DNA of 64,000 bases, from contig JAAOMT010000760.1 in the NCBI GenBank assembly GCA_016748015.1, positions 62,001-126,000 of the forward strand, given 5' to 3'. The stretch comes from Geosiphon pyriformis uo1. Its lineage: Eukaryota > Fungi > Glomeromycota. Under the pieces are notes generated by a model. It was given only the letters and a program-made list of their open reading frames with translations, was not told where the DNA came from and did no database searches. The position numbers and the translations under genes are program-made. Shown piece after piece: positions 13,878-27,630 of this stretch (position 1 is its first letter; the number at the start of each line of letters is the position of its first letter).

Positions 13878-16387
13878 TCAGGAATCTATTGATTGTTGTA
13901 AGAAATGAGAGAATTCAAAATTCGCTCATATTTTAATTTTAAACGAAAAATTTAGTCCTATGAAGTAAAAAACAATATATAAGTACCCAGCTTTTCTTAA
14001 ACTCTTACTCCCTTTGAATATTGACACGTCAAAAAGCGAAAAAATAAATAAATTCCCGAATTATTCTTTAGCTACTTAAATATCTTGTTAAATATCCATT
14101 ATATAAAGATAAGAATCGATTATCACCATCAAATTGTAATAAAATATTATGAATTAATCAATTCAAACTCAGAACCTGATTTACGCGAACGAAATGTGGA
14201 TAAATTTTTTGGTCAAATTTTTCTTATCAGACACGATTGACCAATCTCAAAAAGAAATGTTTTTAACTTCTGCAAATTCAAAAATGATTTTTTTTTTTTG
14301 AATAAGTCCAAAAAATTCTGTCATTTTAAATACATAAAAATTTGAAATTGATCATTTTTGAATTTCAAAAAACAATATTCCGAACTCACTTTTATGATTA
14401 ACAAAGTGCTATTGATTAATTTAATTTTGTAATAGCATTTCAAGCAAAAAATTACATGTATATGAATGAAGAAAGTGATGTATCGACCAAGATCAAATAC
14501 ATTATTGCCAAAAAAAACTGGAGTAATTATAAAAAAATTTCAAATTTTTCAATCTCAATTCTTGTTGGTTGGTAAAAAGTGTCGGAAACATTGATTATGT
14601 TACACGAGCTTGTAAAGGAAGATCTTTATGTTTTAATGTAACGCCAATTTTTGAGTTAACGAAAAATCCGCTTCATAGTCCTTTTTGAAGTAGAGTTAAC
14701 ATGATAATGGTTTCTTGGAGAGTTTGGGGATTTTGCTTAAAAAAATCTTTTGATTTGTGTTGAAACCATATTTTGTGAAATCTAATAAAATATTTTTGAT
14801 ATTATGTTGCTAAAAGCTTTCACCTTTCTCAGAATACTAATTTATTATGATCCAAGACATCCTTGAAAAAGATGAATAGGATTTTCACATAAAAAATTTA
14901 TCACAAATTTACAATGGTTTGGCTATTTAATAATCAGCAAATAACTAAATACATGTTTTCTATATATAAAATAAGGCGCTAAAAAAAATATTCTTAAGAA
15001 ATCTATCCGTTTACAAATCCTGGAAAAAAATTTGCTAAAAGTTAAAATAAATTGTTAGTTAAAAAACTATCTATTAACTATTAAAGCATGAATACAAAAT
15101 TATGTACCAACATTTAACAAGAAAGCCATATAAATATATAAAAAAAAATAGATGAAAAACTTATTGCTTTAATTATGAAAAAAATTTTTTTTTTTTACAT
15201 GTTATATTAATTATTTTTGAATTAAAATTGTAATAATAACAATAATAATAATTTTTCAATAAAATTATATTTATACTTTCAAAAAACTGGTAAAAGAATT
15301 TAATATTTATTTATTTATTTATTTATTTATATTTATTTATCATTAATTATATTTGCTAAAAACACAAATTTCTTTTAAAATAATAATACTTATTTAATGA
15401 TTCAATTATAAATTTAAAATTATAACATAAACTGCAATTAAACGTTTTAGTTTAATTATTGAACTTTATTTTAATTAATATATTAAATATTTTCTAATCA
15501 TTTAATTTAAATATTTTAAAACAGTATTAATTTTAATTAAAAAATTTCAAACAACCAATTGATTCAAAAATTTTCATAATTAAAATAAAAATAACAAAAT
15601 AAATTTTTATATATGTTAATAAAAGCAATTATTAAAAAACAGATACAAATTTGTATACAAAAAAATTTTTATTAACAAATCTTTTATTTAAATTTTATTT
15701 AAATCAAAAAAATTACGTCAATTAAAAAAATATTATACTATAATTCAAACAATAATAAAATACCGTTTTTTAAAAATATCATGTATTCATACAAATTTAT
15801 TAACAATTGAAAAATGAAAATATTTCATAATTATTATTATTGTTTAATATATCTATTTAAATTCTCAAAGAAACATAAGTGAAAATAATTGATAACAAAA
15901 TATATTAAGAATTTATTATTCATTTGTAATGTTTAAAAACTTATTAATACAACTGATTTTAAAAAAAGTGAAAATAAAATCTTTTATTTAAAAGAATCAT
16001 TCGGCAAATAAAGACTTTGTGAGGATTGAAATATTTTATTTATTTATTTACTTTATTTATAATATGCCATTTTATAAAAATTCTCTTGATAATCGATAAA
16101 AATTCTTTGAAAATAAAAAAATATTTAATAATTTCAAAAGAGGCAAATACCTTTTCCAGTAGTATAAACCTTATCTACAATCATAAAACTTTTAGTTACT
16201 TTATTTTAGAGTTTCTTAAAATTCTTTAGGATATGAAAACTTCTAAACGTACAGAAAATCTTATTTACTTTTTAGGGTTATCTAAAATTGGATTTTCCCG
16301 TTACATGAAATTTTTATTATAGAAAGAACTGCTTGAAAGTTTTACAAATCCCTCTTCAATAAAAACTTAGCCTTTTTGAAAAAAATC

Positions 16388-17900
16388 ATGCAAAAAAATA
16401 TATTAGTATTTCTTTCCTTTTCTCTTCTAACCGTTTGCTTTTCATTTTCCAAAGATCGCAGCGAAAACTTATTGACTGAAAAATTTGCTACACTATCAAA
16501 AAAAATTAATATAACAAAATATAATAATCAACAAGAACTACTCTTGGTAAGTAGTGGAGGTGGATTCGAGAAGCAAAGAAAAGTTCCACCTAAAAAGTTG
16601 GTAAAAGATTACGGGATGCTTCAACTTTTTAAGAATATGGCACATATGGCAAATTGGGTCTATTGTAGTAAAGAAAATGATGATGTATTTGGTAAAGACT
16701 ATATCGGTAAGAGAATTTCCAAGCAAAAATTTGACTTTGGAACTTTCTTTTATACTAGAGCTAAATCTTTTACTAAATTCACATATAAATCGTTTGAATA
16801 GGTAGAGTTTATACTGACGTTAATTTACGACAAATTACTGGAATTTTTAAAGGAAAGTCTTTAAAATAATTACGAGAATTTTCAACTAAATATAATTAAG
16901 TTATTTTACTTTTATACTCGAAAATTATTTTTTCGTTTTTAGTTTCAATAATTTCTCGTATTTTCTTAATTATTAGGGCCAGAAGTGATTAAAAGCCAAA
17001 TAACAAAGACCATGTTTACATTAGAAAAATTATTGATAGGAGATAATAGTGCAGTCAGAGTTGATTCATATTGGTGGAGATTATTGCCATATGATTTTTT
17101 CAAAGGATTTGGCAACAGAATACGTGACGCTATAAATATATTAAGAAGGGGAATAGAAGCGAATAAACCAATTCATATTTTTCTAACTGGCCATGGTATT
17201 GGTGGATGTAAGTAATTATTATTATTAATTTTTTTAATGCAAAAGTTTGGAAGTTAACAGCTAGGGTCCTAACCAAATAATTTTATTATGATATTAGTTT
17301 ATGCACAAATATACGGCTTTTACCTAACAAGTGTTCCAAAATATAATAAAAATATTTATACTACTATTACAACCTTTGGCTCTCCACGTCCGGGAAATTC
17401 TCAGCTTGCAGCCGAATTCCAGCAAAGACTTAAACTTGGTTGCAGAGTTTACAGGATTACACATGCCAATGATTATCTTCCTCATTTTCCAAAAAAATCA
17501 ATCGATGGTAAACTATATATACACCCTGGCAATGAGTATTGGATTCCGGATAGGAATTGTAATTGCGAAGATCCTGATGCAGATAGAATTCTTCTTGAAG
17601 GTTATGACATTATCTATGAATGTCTTGGGTTTTCAACAAAGGATACGCAAAAATATGGCGAAAATCCGGTATGTTAAATTTTTATTATAAAAAGCTTTCA
17701 TTATAGAAAGCTAATTTAATTTATTATTTTAGAGTGCTCTTAAATAAATATAAAATAGCTTTATTTATTTATTTATCTATCTTTCTTTATAGGGATGTAA
17801 TTTAGGCACGGATAGTGAAGGAACAAGAGCTCATTTCGGCCCTTATTTTGGAGTGACATTTGGAAATTGTGAAGAGCCTTATCCTATTGGTGCAATTTAA
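16388..17900 (+). CDS. Secreted class-3 lipase-like protein 2 (Ser->Gly pseudo-lipase), 359 aa; exons 16388-16706, 16802-16852, 16977-17207, 17298-17668, 17793-17900
   Basis: Signal peptide MQKNILVFLSFSLLTVCFSFS; motifs ANWVYC, ITGIFKG, LTGHGIGGFYA, TTFGSPRPG, RITHANDYLPHFP, HPGNEYWI, RAHFGPYFG. Intron 2 (16853-16976) needs a GA donor. Confidence 0.88.
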
Positions 17901-20151
17901 ATTAAAAGTTTGCAAGAAGTTTAGAACACAAATACTTTTAATTCTTTAAAGACTCAAAAGTAATCATATGTACTTTTTCACTTTGCTAATATTGGTAAAA
18001 AAAATTAAATTCTTTCTCAAATATATTTCATTTTAAAATTTAATTAAAAATATCTTTAATTCTAGTGCTTTCAGAAAAGATTTCTTTTTTGATGTATAAT
18101 TAAATTTTCTTAAAATCAATAAGATTCAATCAAGTTGAAAACTCATTTCGCTGACCAAGATTAAATGTGAGAGTTGCCTCGATAATTTTACAGCCTTTCC
18201 ACATTTTCCAGAAGTAACGATAGATTTAATAGTTTATTATTAATTTTGTCAATCAAAAAATGATCCAAAAATTTTAAGAATACTACTAAATTATCAAATT
18301 TTAAATATTTTAAAGACTTTTTTATTTTGAACTTTGAACTCTAGATCCCAAAAAAATTCTCATTCATCAAACTTTAATAAAAAATATGATCAAATACCTT
18401 TTTTTTTTATATATGAATTCTTTGGCTTATTGATAAATTTGTGTGTGTTGAGAATTTTACTCTTATGAATATTACAAAATTTAATAATAATAAATTTTCA
18501 AGTTTTTTTAATTGAAAAAAGTTTATTTTTTCAATAAAAAATGTTATATTTTTTGTTTTACATATAAAAATTTTCTGTTGAATTGGTTTTGAAGATGTTT
18601 TAAATGATTTGATACAGACAAAGTTTTAATAAGATTTTCATAAACATTTACATGTTTATTATAAAATGATAGGATAATTTAATCGCTAACTTTGTTGAAC
18701 GAAGGTTTAATAAATGCTGTTTGAAATGTTTTCAGAGAATTTTGAGTTTTAATTCCGTTTTTTCTACCATATTTCTTTTATCTTAATTACACAAAAATTT
18801 TATATCAGCATCGAGCATAATAAAAATAAAAATTGGTCAAAGGAAATGCCCCTTCGAATATATATTTTCACATAACCCTAAAATAGATTTATCGATCCTT
18901 TTCAGAGCATAACACTCGTATATCATTTCAATCATTCAATATAAATTTATGTTGAGACGAGGAAATCAATAGAAAAACCTTAAAAGATAAATTTTTTATC
19001 TTTTTATTGTTCATTCTTCAATACTCGGTATATCTTTTGTATTTTTTCCAGGTTTTTTTCTGCCCGAGTGTCTATCAATACTTGTAGAAATTCTTTAAAT
19101 AATGATGCAAATGTCATTGAAATTTAAAAATAAAATATAAGGATTAAAAAGAATATTAGCAAATGCAAACAAACATATATTTTTTATTACAAACTATTTT
19201 TTGAAAATGTAAATAAAAAGTGTTTGGTTGCAAAATGATAGATGGAACAGAAAGCTATTAAGAAATAAAGTTTTAAATCTTAAGTGCCTCATTATATTTA
19301 CTATTTTGAGTAAGAATCACTTGGAACATGAAAAGATATGCTTTAAATGAAGAAAAATGGGAAGGAGAAAACAAGACTTTTACCGTTGTGAGATGTGTTT
19401 AACAATTGATTGACCTTCATTTTTGATCAACATTCCTATTAATTTTCGGAGGCTGATGAACAATATCCAAATCCAAACCTTAATTCATATAAATATCAGT
19501 TTGAAGACCAAGCCAAGCAAAGGCCCAGAAGGAAAAATATAAATATTATGACAAACTTGTTCTGATTTGTCATAAAATTTTCTGACGCTACAAAATAAAA
19601 TTGCTGGTTCCGTATTAGATGTCAACTTTTTGTCGTTATTTTACTTGAGCTAGTATCTCAATGAAGTATTACTTTGAAATTTATTTTTCAAAGGAAACCT
19701 GGTATTTTCGATTTATTCAAAATTTCTTTGTAAGAATGAACAGATCAATCAGATAAATTAAATATATTTCAATAAATTTGAGTTTTCTCATTTATAAAAT
19801 CAAATAAATAAATTTTCTTAAAACTACTTGCAGGAAAGTGTTCGAGTAAAGGGTAAGAAATTTAAACATTCTAAAAATAAATATTGGGCACCTAAAATTG
19901 CTTGTATTAAATAGAATTTTTCATTTCCAACTTTTGATATTCTTTGCCTTCAAAATATTTAAATTTTTAATGATATATTAATCTTAAAATAACATTAATT
20001 TAATAGTTTTAAACTAATTCATTATCATTTTTATAAAGAAATATTATAATACTATTCTTACTAATTTCACAAATCTTTTTTTGCTGGATTTTTGAAATCC
20101 TACAATTATTTATGATATTTTATGCGTATATTACATTAAAACTTTTCTTGA

Positions 20152-20761
20152 TCACCCAAAGATCTTGAAAGATAGTTTATAAAACCCGAAGATGATAGCC
20201 AAAATGAAGACAATAAATATGATGAGAATAAGAGATATTTTCATATTTGCCCACCCTTTCTTGCTGTTTGTTCCTTTCTCAATGGACCTATCGGTGGTCT
20301 TTAGAAGCGTGGCTTTTAATAGAAAATTTTTTATGGATTAAATGGTCAGATTGAGATAAATCTTTAGCAAGAAATAATAAATATATATTTCAAGTTAAAT
20401 TTAACGCTTTAAAAGAAATACCGGTTCCCTCGAGGTCATTTTTTTGTTCATCCGTTTCGTCCATGTCATTGAAAACTTCATACATTCGACTTCGCGTTTC
20501 TTCAATTGGTGTTTGAATAATTTCGATTTTGGTCACTGTTTCTCCAGGTTGTAAATCACCTAGCTCGGGTGGGTGAGAGAATTGCCCGGGAGGATATGTG
20601 ACATGTATATCGAAAATATTTTCATTTTCAGAATTTATAGAAGACCTTTTTCACATTTTAATCAACAATTCAGTTAAAAATTTTCATTTTGAGAAGGGTA
20701 ACTTTTATTTTGTAATTTTCAAAAATTGGACAATCTATTTTATTTTTTTAAAAACTTACAT
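20152..20761 (-). CDS. Divergent synaptobrevin/VAMP-like (R-SNARE-like) tail-anchored protein, 128 aa; exons 20761-20760, 20645-20422, 20312-20152
   Basis: Not in the ORF track. Translation MSSINSENE...KIEIIQTPIEETRSRMYEVFNDMDETDEQKNDLEGTATLLKTTDRSIEKGTNSKKGWANMKISLILIIFIVFILAIIFGFYKLSFKIFG*. It aligns in heptad register with fungal Snc-type R-SNAREs and has a W..MK juxtamembrane motif and a C-terminal TM helix. The 2-nt first exon is less certain than exons 2-3. Confidence 0.75.
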
Positions 20762-21569
20762 GGTTTTTTTGAATCTTTTTGGTTTATTTAAATTTGAAAA
20801 GAGGATATTGGGAATTTTGAGATTTATCAGAGAGTATGAAACGAGTTTTCTATCGGGAAGTGCTAGGTGTAATGAAAAAGCAAAACTTGTTGAAGGGGCT
20901 GAGCTATATGCGACTCAGCCACATAAGTTTTTCCAATACAAATATAAAAACTTGATGGAAATCTTTCAAATAAGAATATTTTGGTGAAATCATCTAGGAT
21001 TCATAAGAAACCCTATTTTAATAAACTAACTTAAATTCATTCGAGACAAATAAAGGGAGTTGGTTGAATATCTTACCAGATTAATTATCTAATTCAGTTT
21101 GAATTGTGTTTTGTCTATGTTTTATGAATTATAAATACCTATTACTTTGATTTTTTTATTATAAAAATAATGAAAATACTAGTTTAATTTTAACAATTTA
21201 TTATGATTAAAATTTCTAAGGATCAAATTTGCAATTCATTTTAGAAATTTATAACTCCAACTTCAATTTCCAAAAATTATAAACAATAATAATTATTTAT
21301 TCTTTGTACATAAATAAAATTTATAAATTTTTATATTAAAATTTGAGGAATCAAAAAAATTTATAATAAAGTTATTAAATTACAAAAAATATTACTTATA
21401 TAAAATGCAAAAACTATATTATTTTTTTAAGTTTTAATATATTTTAAAAAATTGTTTTTTTATTCAATATATCATTATTATTAAATTAATAAATTAAATG
21501 ATGAAATATTTTTAAAAAATAAGGGATTTTTCTTAATATTGTTAGAAATTTTTGAATTATATATGTTTT

Positions 21570-21570
21570 A

Positions 21571-21613
<43 letters not shown>
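21570..21613. repeat. (AAT)n microsatellite
   Basis: Seen directly. Confidence 0.95.
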
Positions 21614-21616
<3 letters not shown>

Positions 21617-24357
21617 TAAATTAAATATTTTTATAAAATATTTTGTCTTTAGAAATATTATGTTTTATTAATTAAAGATTTTGTTAACAATTTTTACTGC
21701 AAATTAATTTTTAATTTTCTCTTTTTATCTGGATTGTTTTATTAGATTTATTTACTTTACAATAAATTTATAAATAATTATATTTAATTAAATGTTTCAA
21801 AGGTTAAAACTTAAATTCAAAAGTAAAATATATAAAACACAATTTTTTTTTATTTGAATTAATAATTGTCCATTATATATTATTAATCTTTTATATTTAT
21901 TGAAATAATAGTTTAATATGAGAATATTTTTCAATTTTATAATATTTAAACATTTGCTATTTTTATTTTTTTTACATAATTTTAATAATAAAAAAGTTAT
22001 TTTTGCTATCTATTACCAATAATTTTCTCTTTCGGAAAATTTATAAAGTTTCTCTTTTGATTAATTCGGGCTTAAATCCTTTTCAAAACGAGAATTATTT
22101 TAAATGCTTTTGATTAGACTTCCAGAATTTTGGGGAGTGAGAGCGCGCTATTAATAGTTGAATAACTTTATTTTCTCCCATTTAGGTCAACCAAACTGGT
22201 GGTGTTGAAATGGAAGTGTAAATTAGAGGATTAAAAAATATAGCAACAAGCTGTTAATAAAGTAGTTATTTGTTGATTTTTAGATTTAACAAATTTTTTA
22301 GGAATTTAAATCAAGCAGAATTAACAGCCTAGATAAAGAAATAAAGAATTCCACTTGTTTGCATTAAGCCTTTTACAAATTAGTGAATTTTTCAGAAGGT
22401 TAGATAATAATAGACTTTTCTGTTCACTTTTATAGTTTATACTGTAATATCCTTTGAGAGATAAAAATTCAACAGCAATTATGATTATCGTTTGGAATCT
22501 GAATTTATAAGGTCTCGAAAATTAATGAGGGGCTAACTTGATTAGAAGTACAAATTCAAGTGTTAGGAAATTTAGATTTTTCGATTTTAGGTAATGTTTA
22601 CTTATCTGACTTTCCAATTAAACCGGCTTACATATTTTTACGTAAATAATATTGCTTTCTAGTTCTGTCATTTATTTAGAAAGTACACGTATTAAGTTTT
22701 CATACTTGGATGTAAATTGCATTATTGGGAACATTCCAAATATGGGTTTGAGCAACTATATGTATTTATATCCCCTCCTAATCAATTAAATCTACTTTTT
22801 AATATCTCATACAACCTTGAATTCCCAGACTATCTAATATTATTCTCTATTAAAATTTATTCAAATGTTCATGACAGAGGTTAAAAAATAGCTTTTTTTA
22901 CATTCATATTTAATTATTATTAGTATTGTTATTATTTTGATTTTGATTTAATTTTAAATAATATCAGGTGCAAAGATTTTAATATTTTTCCTTTCAAAAA
23001 TAAATTTGAATCATTTTAAGTTGAGTCTTTGATTGTTTAATAGAAATAATATATGTATATTAATATCAGCAAAAACATTTTGCATTTTATTAAAATTTTT
23101 AGAATTTCAAATGGTACCATAATTTAACAATGAATAATACTTTATAAAATTGAACATTACTTTTCCAATAGATATAAAGTTATAAAATTTTTAATGGGCA
23201 TATAACATTGTAAAATACAAATTTTACTTTCTTAAAAACTTTTAATACCGTTTTTCATAAATTTAAAAACTCTTTTTTCTTTAATTCTTGCAAAAAAATG
23301 GGTTTAAACTTATCATATATTATTCACTTTTTAAGAGTTTTTAACTCAGCTCTAGCTTCATTTAAATTATCTCTAGAATAAGGGCGAATCAGTGATAGTT
23401 TAATCTAAATCAGAAAAAGTTTGATAAAGTAAAACTACAAAATACAGTCACAGTCTTTGTACTCTATAGCTAAAAATGAAATGTGAAAATTGGTGGCAAT
23501 CAGAAATTGGATTTGATTTTCACTAAATCCATGGACCTCATATATAAATACCCTATACCAAGAAATAAAATCAATATGCTATATTAAAAATTAACAAATA
23601 AGAAGAGAATGTTTGAAATAAATAGTTTAATATTATTAACCAAAATATTTGAGATAAGGGAACGGCTCACAGCTAGACAACAATTTTGTATTAAAGTCCT
23701 ACAATCTGCTGAAAGAATATTCATCATTTTTAAAAATAAGTCAAATACAGCGGTAAACCAAAATTAGATTTAGATTTATTGAAACGATGATTCATTCCAA
23801 ATCAGACTTACCGTGTGTGTGTACGCGTGGATTTCTTGATCTCGCAAAAAAGGGGATTCATAATTTATATCAGGTAAAAGATCTGCGTTGGAAATAAAAG
23901 AAAATTCCAACAACTTTCTTGGAGTGTGCTATTGGAAGATTATTTATTAATATTCCCAAGCAAAAAGTTTAAATAAATGAAAACGGGATCAAGTCAACAC
24001 TTAGCCATTCAGCAATTTCTGGCAAGCTATTTTATTATCACTTTTAATAACTTTAGATTTAATAATAATGATAATGACAAAAGAAGGGAAGACAATTATA
24101 AAAGGCTGAGCGATTATTCCCACCAATCTCTGCAAGTGGATTTTCATCATACTTTTTCTTTTTTGTATTCCATGCACTTCTTCTACTAAACATCATCTAA
24201 AAACAAAGATCAACTCCCTTCAAACTTTGATCTAAGCTGGCAGGATATTTTACAAGAACCAGAGAATATTAAAGATAAAAAGAAGAAATATCTGATAAAG
24301 CCGTTTGCGAACTTTGAGTAAAATTTTTTCCAATTTTTATCAATTAGTCTTCGTAAT

Positions 24358-25850
24358 ATGTCTAATTCAAAGATCTTGTTTGCTCTTTTTTGCTTTTCTA
24401 TTCTGCTTTCTTTGGTCGTAGAATCCCAAGGTATTAATTTAAAGGCCTTTTTTCTCAAAAAAAAAAAAAAAAAAAAAAAACTTTTCTAGGGAGAATTTTA
24501 ATCTAACTAACGGGCAGATAACTTTAGAAATTTTCATTATAGCTTTCATTTTTTGATTTATACGCCTTTCGAGCTTTGCTAACTTTTAATGTTTCTTTTA
24601 ACTATTAATTTCTTATCCTAAAAATTTAGCTCAAAATACTTCTAAAAATGTAACAATACCAAGCCCTCAAAAGCCTTCTGCTCCCACATCATATGAACTT
24701 CCTGATTTTTCTTATAACCTTGCCCAAAAATCTGCCGGAGAGCGCATTAACATTTGTGACACGAACAAAGGTTATTGCATCACTACTTGCGGTGGTACAG
24801 GTGATAAGGTAAAAACATGATTAATCTTTAATTTGATTCATTTCAAAGATTTCTAATCTATTAAGGCTCTTTACGTTATGCTAATATATTCTTCAAGGCA
24901 CCCAAGGTAAAATTTTTGGATTCGAGAATTTTTCAATTTTAAATTTTCGTTAACTGAATATTTAAAAATTTTCAAAACTTTTAATTTTTTTCGAATAGAA
25001 CTTTTGTAATCCTGATACTATGGGTTGGGGATGCGGTTGTCTTGATCATGTACCAAACTTTCAAGGTAAGGTAAAGCAATGATGGATAGATTGTGAAATA
25101 TATAATTGTTAATGAAATACGCTCATTTTGTTTTGGTGGTGTAAGGTTATGAATGGCCGATCAATTATGCTGATTGTATCGGTAGAGGTCAAGTTAGTAT
25201 CATGGATTCAAATCCCTTTTTTCTACTGAATCTTATATTATTCTCAATGACTTTTTTCAAACTTTCTGATACTCTTAATTTATTTTAAAATAATATTTCT
25301 TTATAAATGGAACTTCAAAAAATTCATATCATATAGGCTTGCAATGTATTTTGCCAGACTGATAAGGTGAAATTAATTTAAAAAATTCTAAAATATTAAA
25401 TTCTTCTTTTCGCTAATCTTAAAATTTTTGATTTGCTGATATCTGAAGGTAGCGAACGCGGATAAACTTCCTTGTAACGTTGCATGTATGAGCACTTATT
25501 TATCAAAGTAAGATTTAATTGAAGAAAACAATTTTAATTCAAATTTTTCAAGTTTTAATATTTGTTTAAATCGTTTAAAAAATTCCAGATGTGGCGGTCC
25601 AGATCAACCAGCCGCCAATTACGTTGTTGATGATCTTTCTTCCATTCCGACGTACGACCCACCATTTTCCAAAAACAACAAAACAAATTCTACGCTTAAT
25701 GCAAATAATGATACCGATAATCAAAATACTCAAAACGGTACCAATTCTGATAAAAAAAAGAATAATGCTGTATCGTTAAGTGTTGAATATTATATGGGGT
25801 CAATCTTTTCCGCTTTAGCAGTTGTAGTTTTTGGAATGATGGCTGTTTGA
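24358..25850 (+). CDS. Secreted 12-Cys protein with probable GPI anchor (resembles fungal DUF7707-type Cys-rich proteins), 241 aa; exons 24358-24430, 24630-24808, 24898-24906, 24999-25065, 25146-25192, 25337-25366, 25449-25507, 25589-25850
   Basis: Not in the ORF track. Signal peptide MSNSKILFALFCFSILLSLVVES; ICDTNKGYCITTCGG..APKNFCNPDTMGWGCGC..WPINYADCIGRGQACNVFC..PCNVACM..KCGG; an N/T-rich linker; hydrophobic tail (NNAVSL...SIFSALAVVVFGMMAV*). All seven introns are GT-AG and the phases add up (726 nt). The family name is from recollection. Confidence 0.85.
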
Positions 25851-27630
25851 GTGGATTAAACGAAATGACAATTATATAAGATGGATGAGACGACGAAGGG
25901 TAAAACATCAAGTTAAAAGATAAATTCAATTCAGATTATATAGTTTAATTGATTTTTGTAAGTTATTATATATTTTATATTTGAAATTAGTTTAGAATAA
26001 TTTCAGGAATAATTAAAATAAAGAGTAAAGAATATTTTCTTGTATATATATATATATAGCTTGATTATCTGCTTATTCAATGAGATCATGAAAGAAATAA
26101 AGAAATTTAGAAAACATATAAAGAATATCTTGATCGTCTCAAGCAGGAGCGATACGCGTTAGCAAGAAATAGATTTTTACCAAATACCAATTTATTATTA
26201 ACAAGATCTTTTGATGGTCATTTTTTTCATTCTATTCTAATATCAGATTGAAAACAAAAGTTATTTATTATGATTGATCAAAGAAACATAATGATAGGAG
26301 AATTTCTAAAAAAAATTCAGACTGATTTTGAAACTTTAGAATCAAGTATAATTCAGAGGATTAACGTCAACTATCTATTTACAGGATAATATATATTTTT
26401 AAAATATGTAAAAAATAAAATAAAATCTAAAAAAATTTCATTACTGTAAAGAACGCTTTAACCTCGAAGATTTTTCTTTAATTTTAATGATTTGTTTTCT
26501 TTTCAACAGAAAGTAATTATATGGCTGGAAAAAAAATATTTCATCATTTTACCAAATTGTCAATTCAGTTCAGGTCAATGCAAGTCGCGATATTTATTTT
26601 TAGATATCATTTAACATAAAAATCAAGGGACTCAGTGGGGAAGAATAATAAGAAAATCTTGAGTTTCTTTAAAAAATTATATTTTTAAAAATTATTTATT
26701 ATTACCTCTTTGGATCGGGGAATACAAATATTAAATAATTCAAAAAACTTGATTCACATGAACTTTATATTAATATATATAGTAGAACAAAATTACACAG
26801 TGTTTTAATTAAAAGTTCTTTTAGTTATATATTTATACTGAAATTGTTCTTAATGCAGATTAATTTTGTGTTTCCTCAAATTTTTGTTTTGGGAAATAGT
26901 TTTTTGAAAAATTAATCTACAAAGATTTTTATTTTTGTCAGGAATCGATATGTAATATTTTTAAGATAAAAGTACTATTAAGAGTTTAATCAAATATTAT
27001 TTTAATTATGATACGATTAAAAACTTTTAATTTCCGATCCCATCACTCAAAAATATTATGAACTTCAAAAAATATGAGCTCATATTTCTACCGGATGCAG
27101 ATGAAAACATCATTCCCGAGTTTTTTAAACAATATAATTCATTTTTAAGAATCTTTAAAAATTCAAAATAATGTAAAAAAAATTAACCAATTTTAGAAAT
27201 TACATTATTTAAAAAATAATTTTTTTGGAACAGATGCACATTTTAATTTAAATAATTTTTTTTTTGTACTTAATAATATTGAAATTAATTATGTTTTGAA
27301 TCAAGTCAGATATTATTCAATAATAATTAACACCAATCTAAAGAATTTAAAACTATTTTTAAGTTATATTTAACTCGGTCCAAGTGATAATAGATTTTTT
27401 TTATAAAAAAAGAAAAATGTCGTTTCAAAAATTTTTAAAAAGATTCAATTGTTTCAAACCTTCACGTATGCCAAGACTTTTTTTTACATCTAAATTAATT
27501 AATATCTTAATTTTTCGAGTCTTTAGAAATAATGATCTTAAATTCCAATAAAAATAACCTTTTTCCTCGTTTTTTTTTTTGTTTTTCATACCGAATTTTT
27601 TCTGTTCTGCTCTCGTATAATATTATTAAT

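Noticed and set aside
20598-20987. 129-aa + strand ORF
   Set aside because: Low-complexity F/K/I composition; antisense to the promoter and first intron of the SNARE-like gene.
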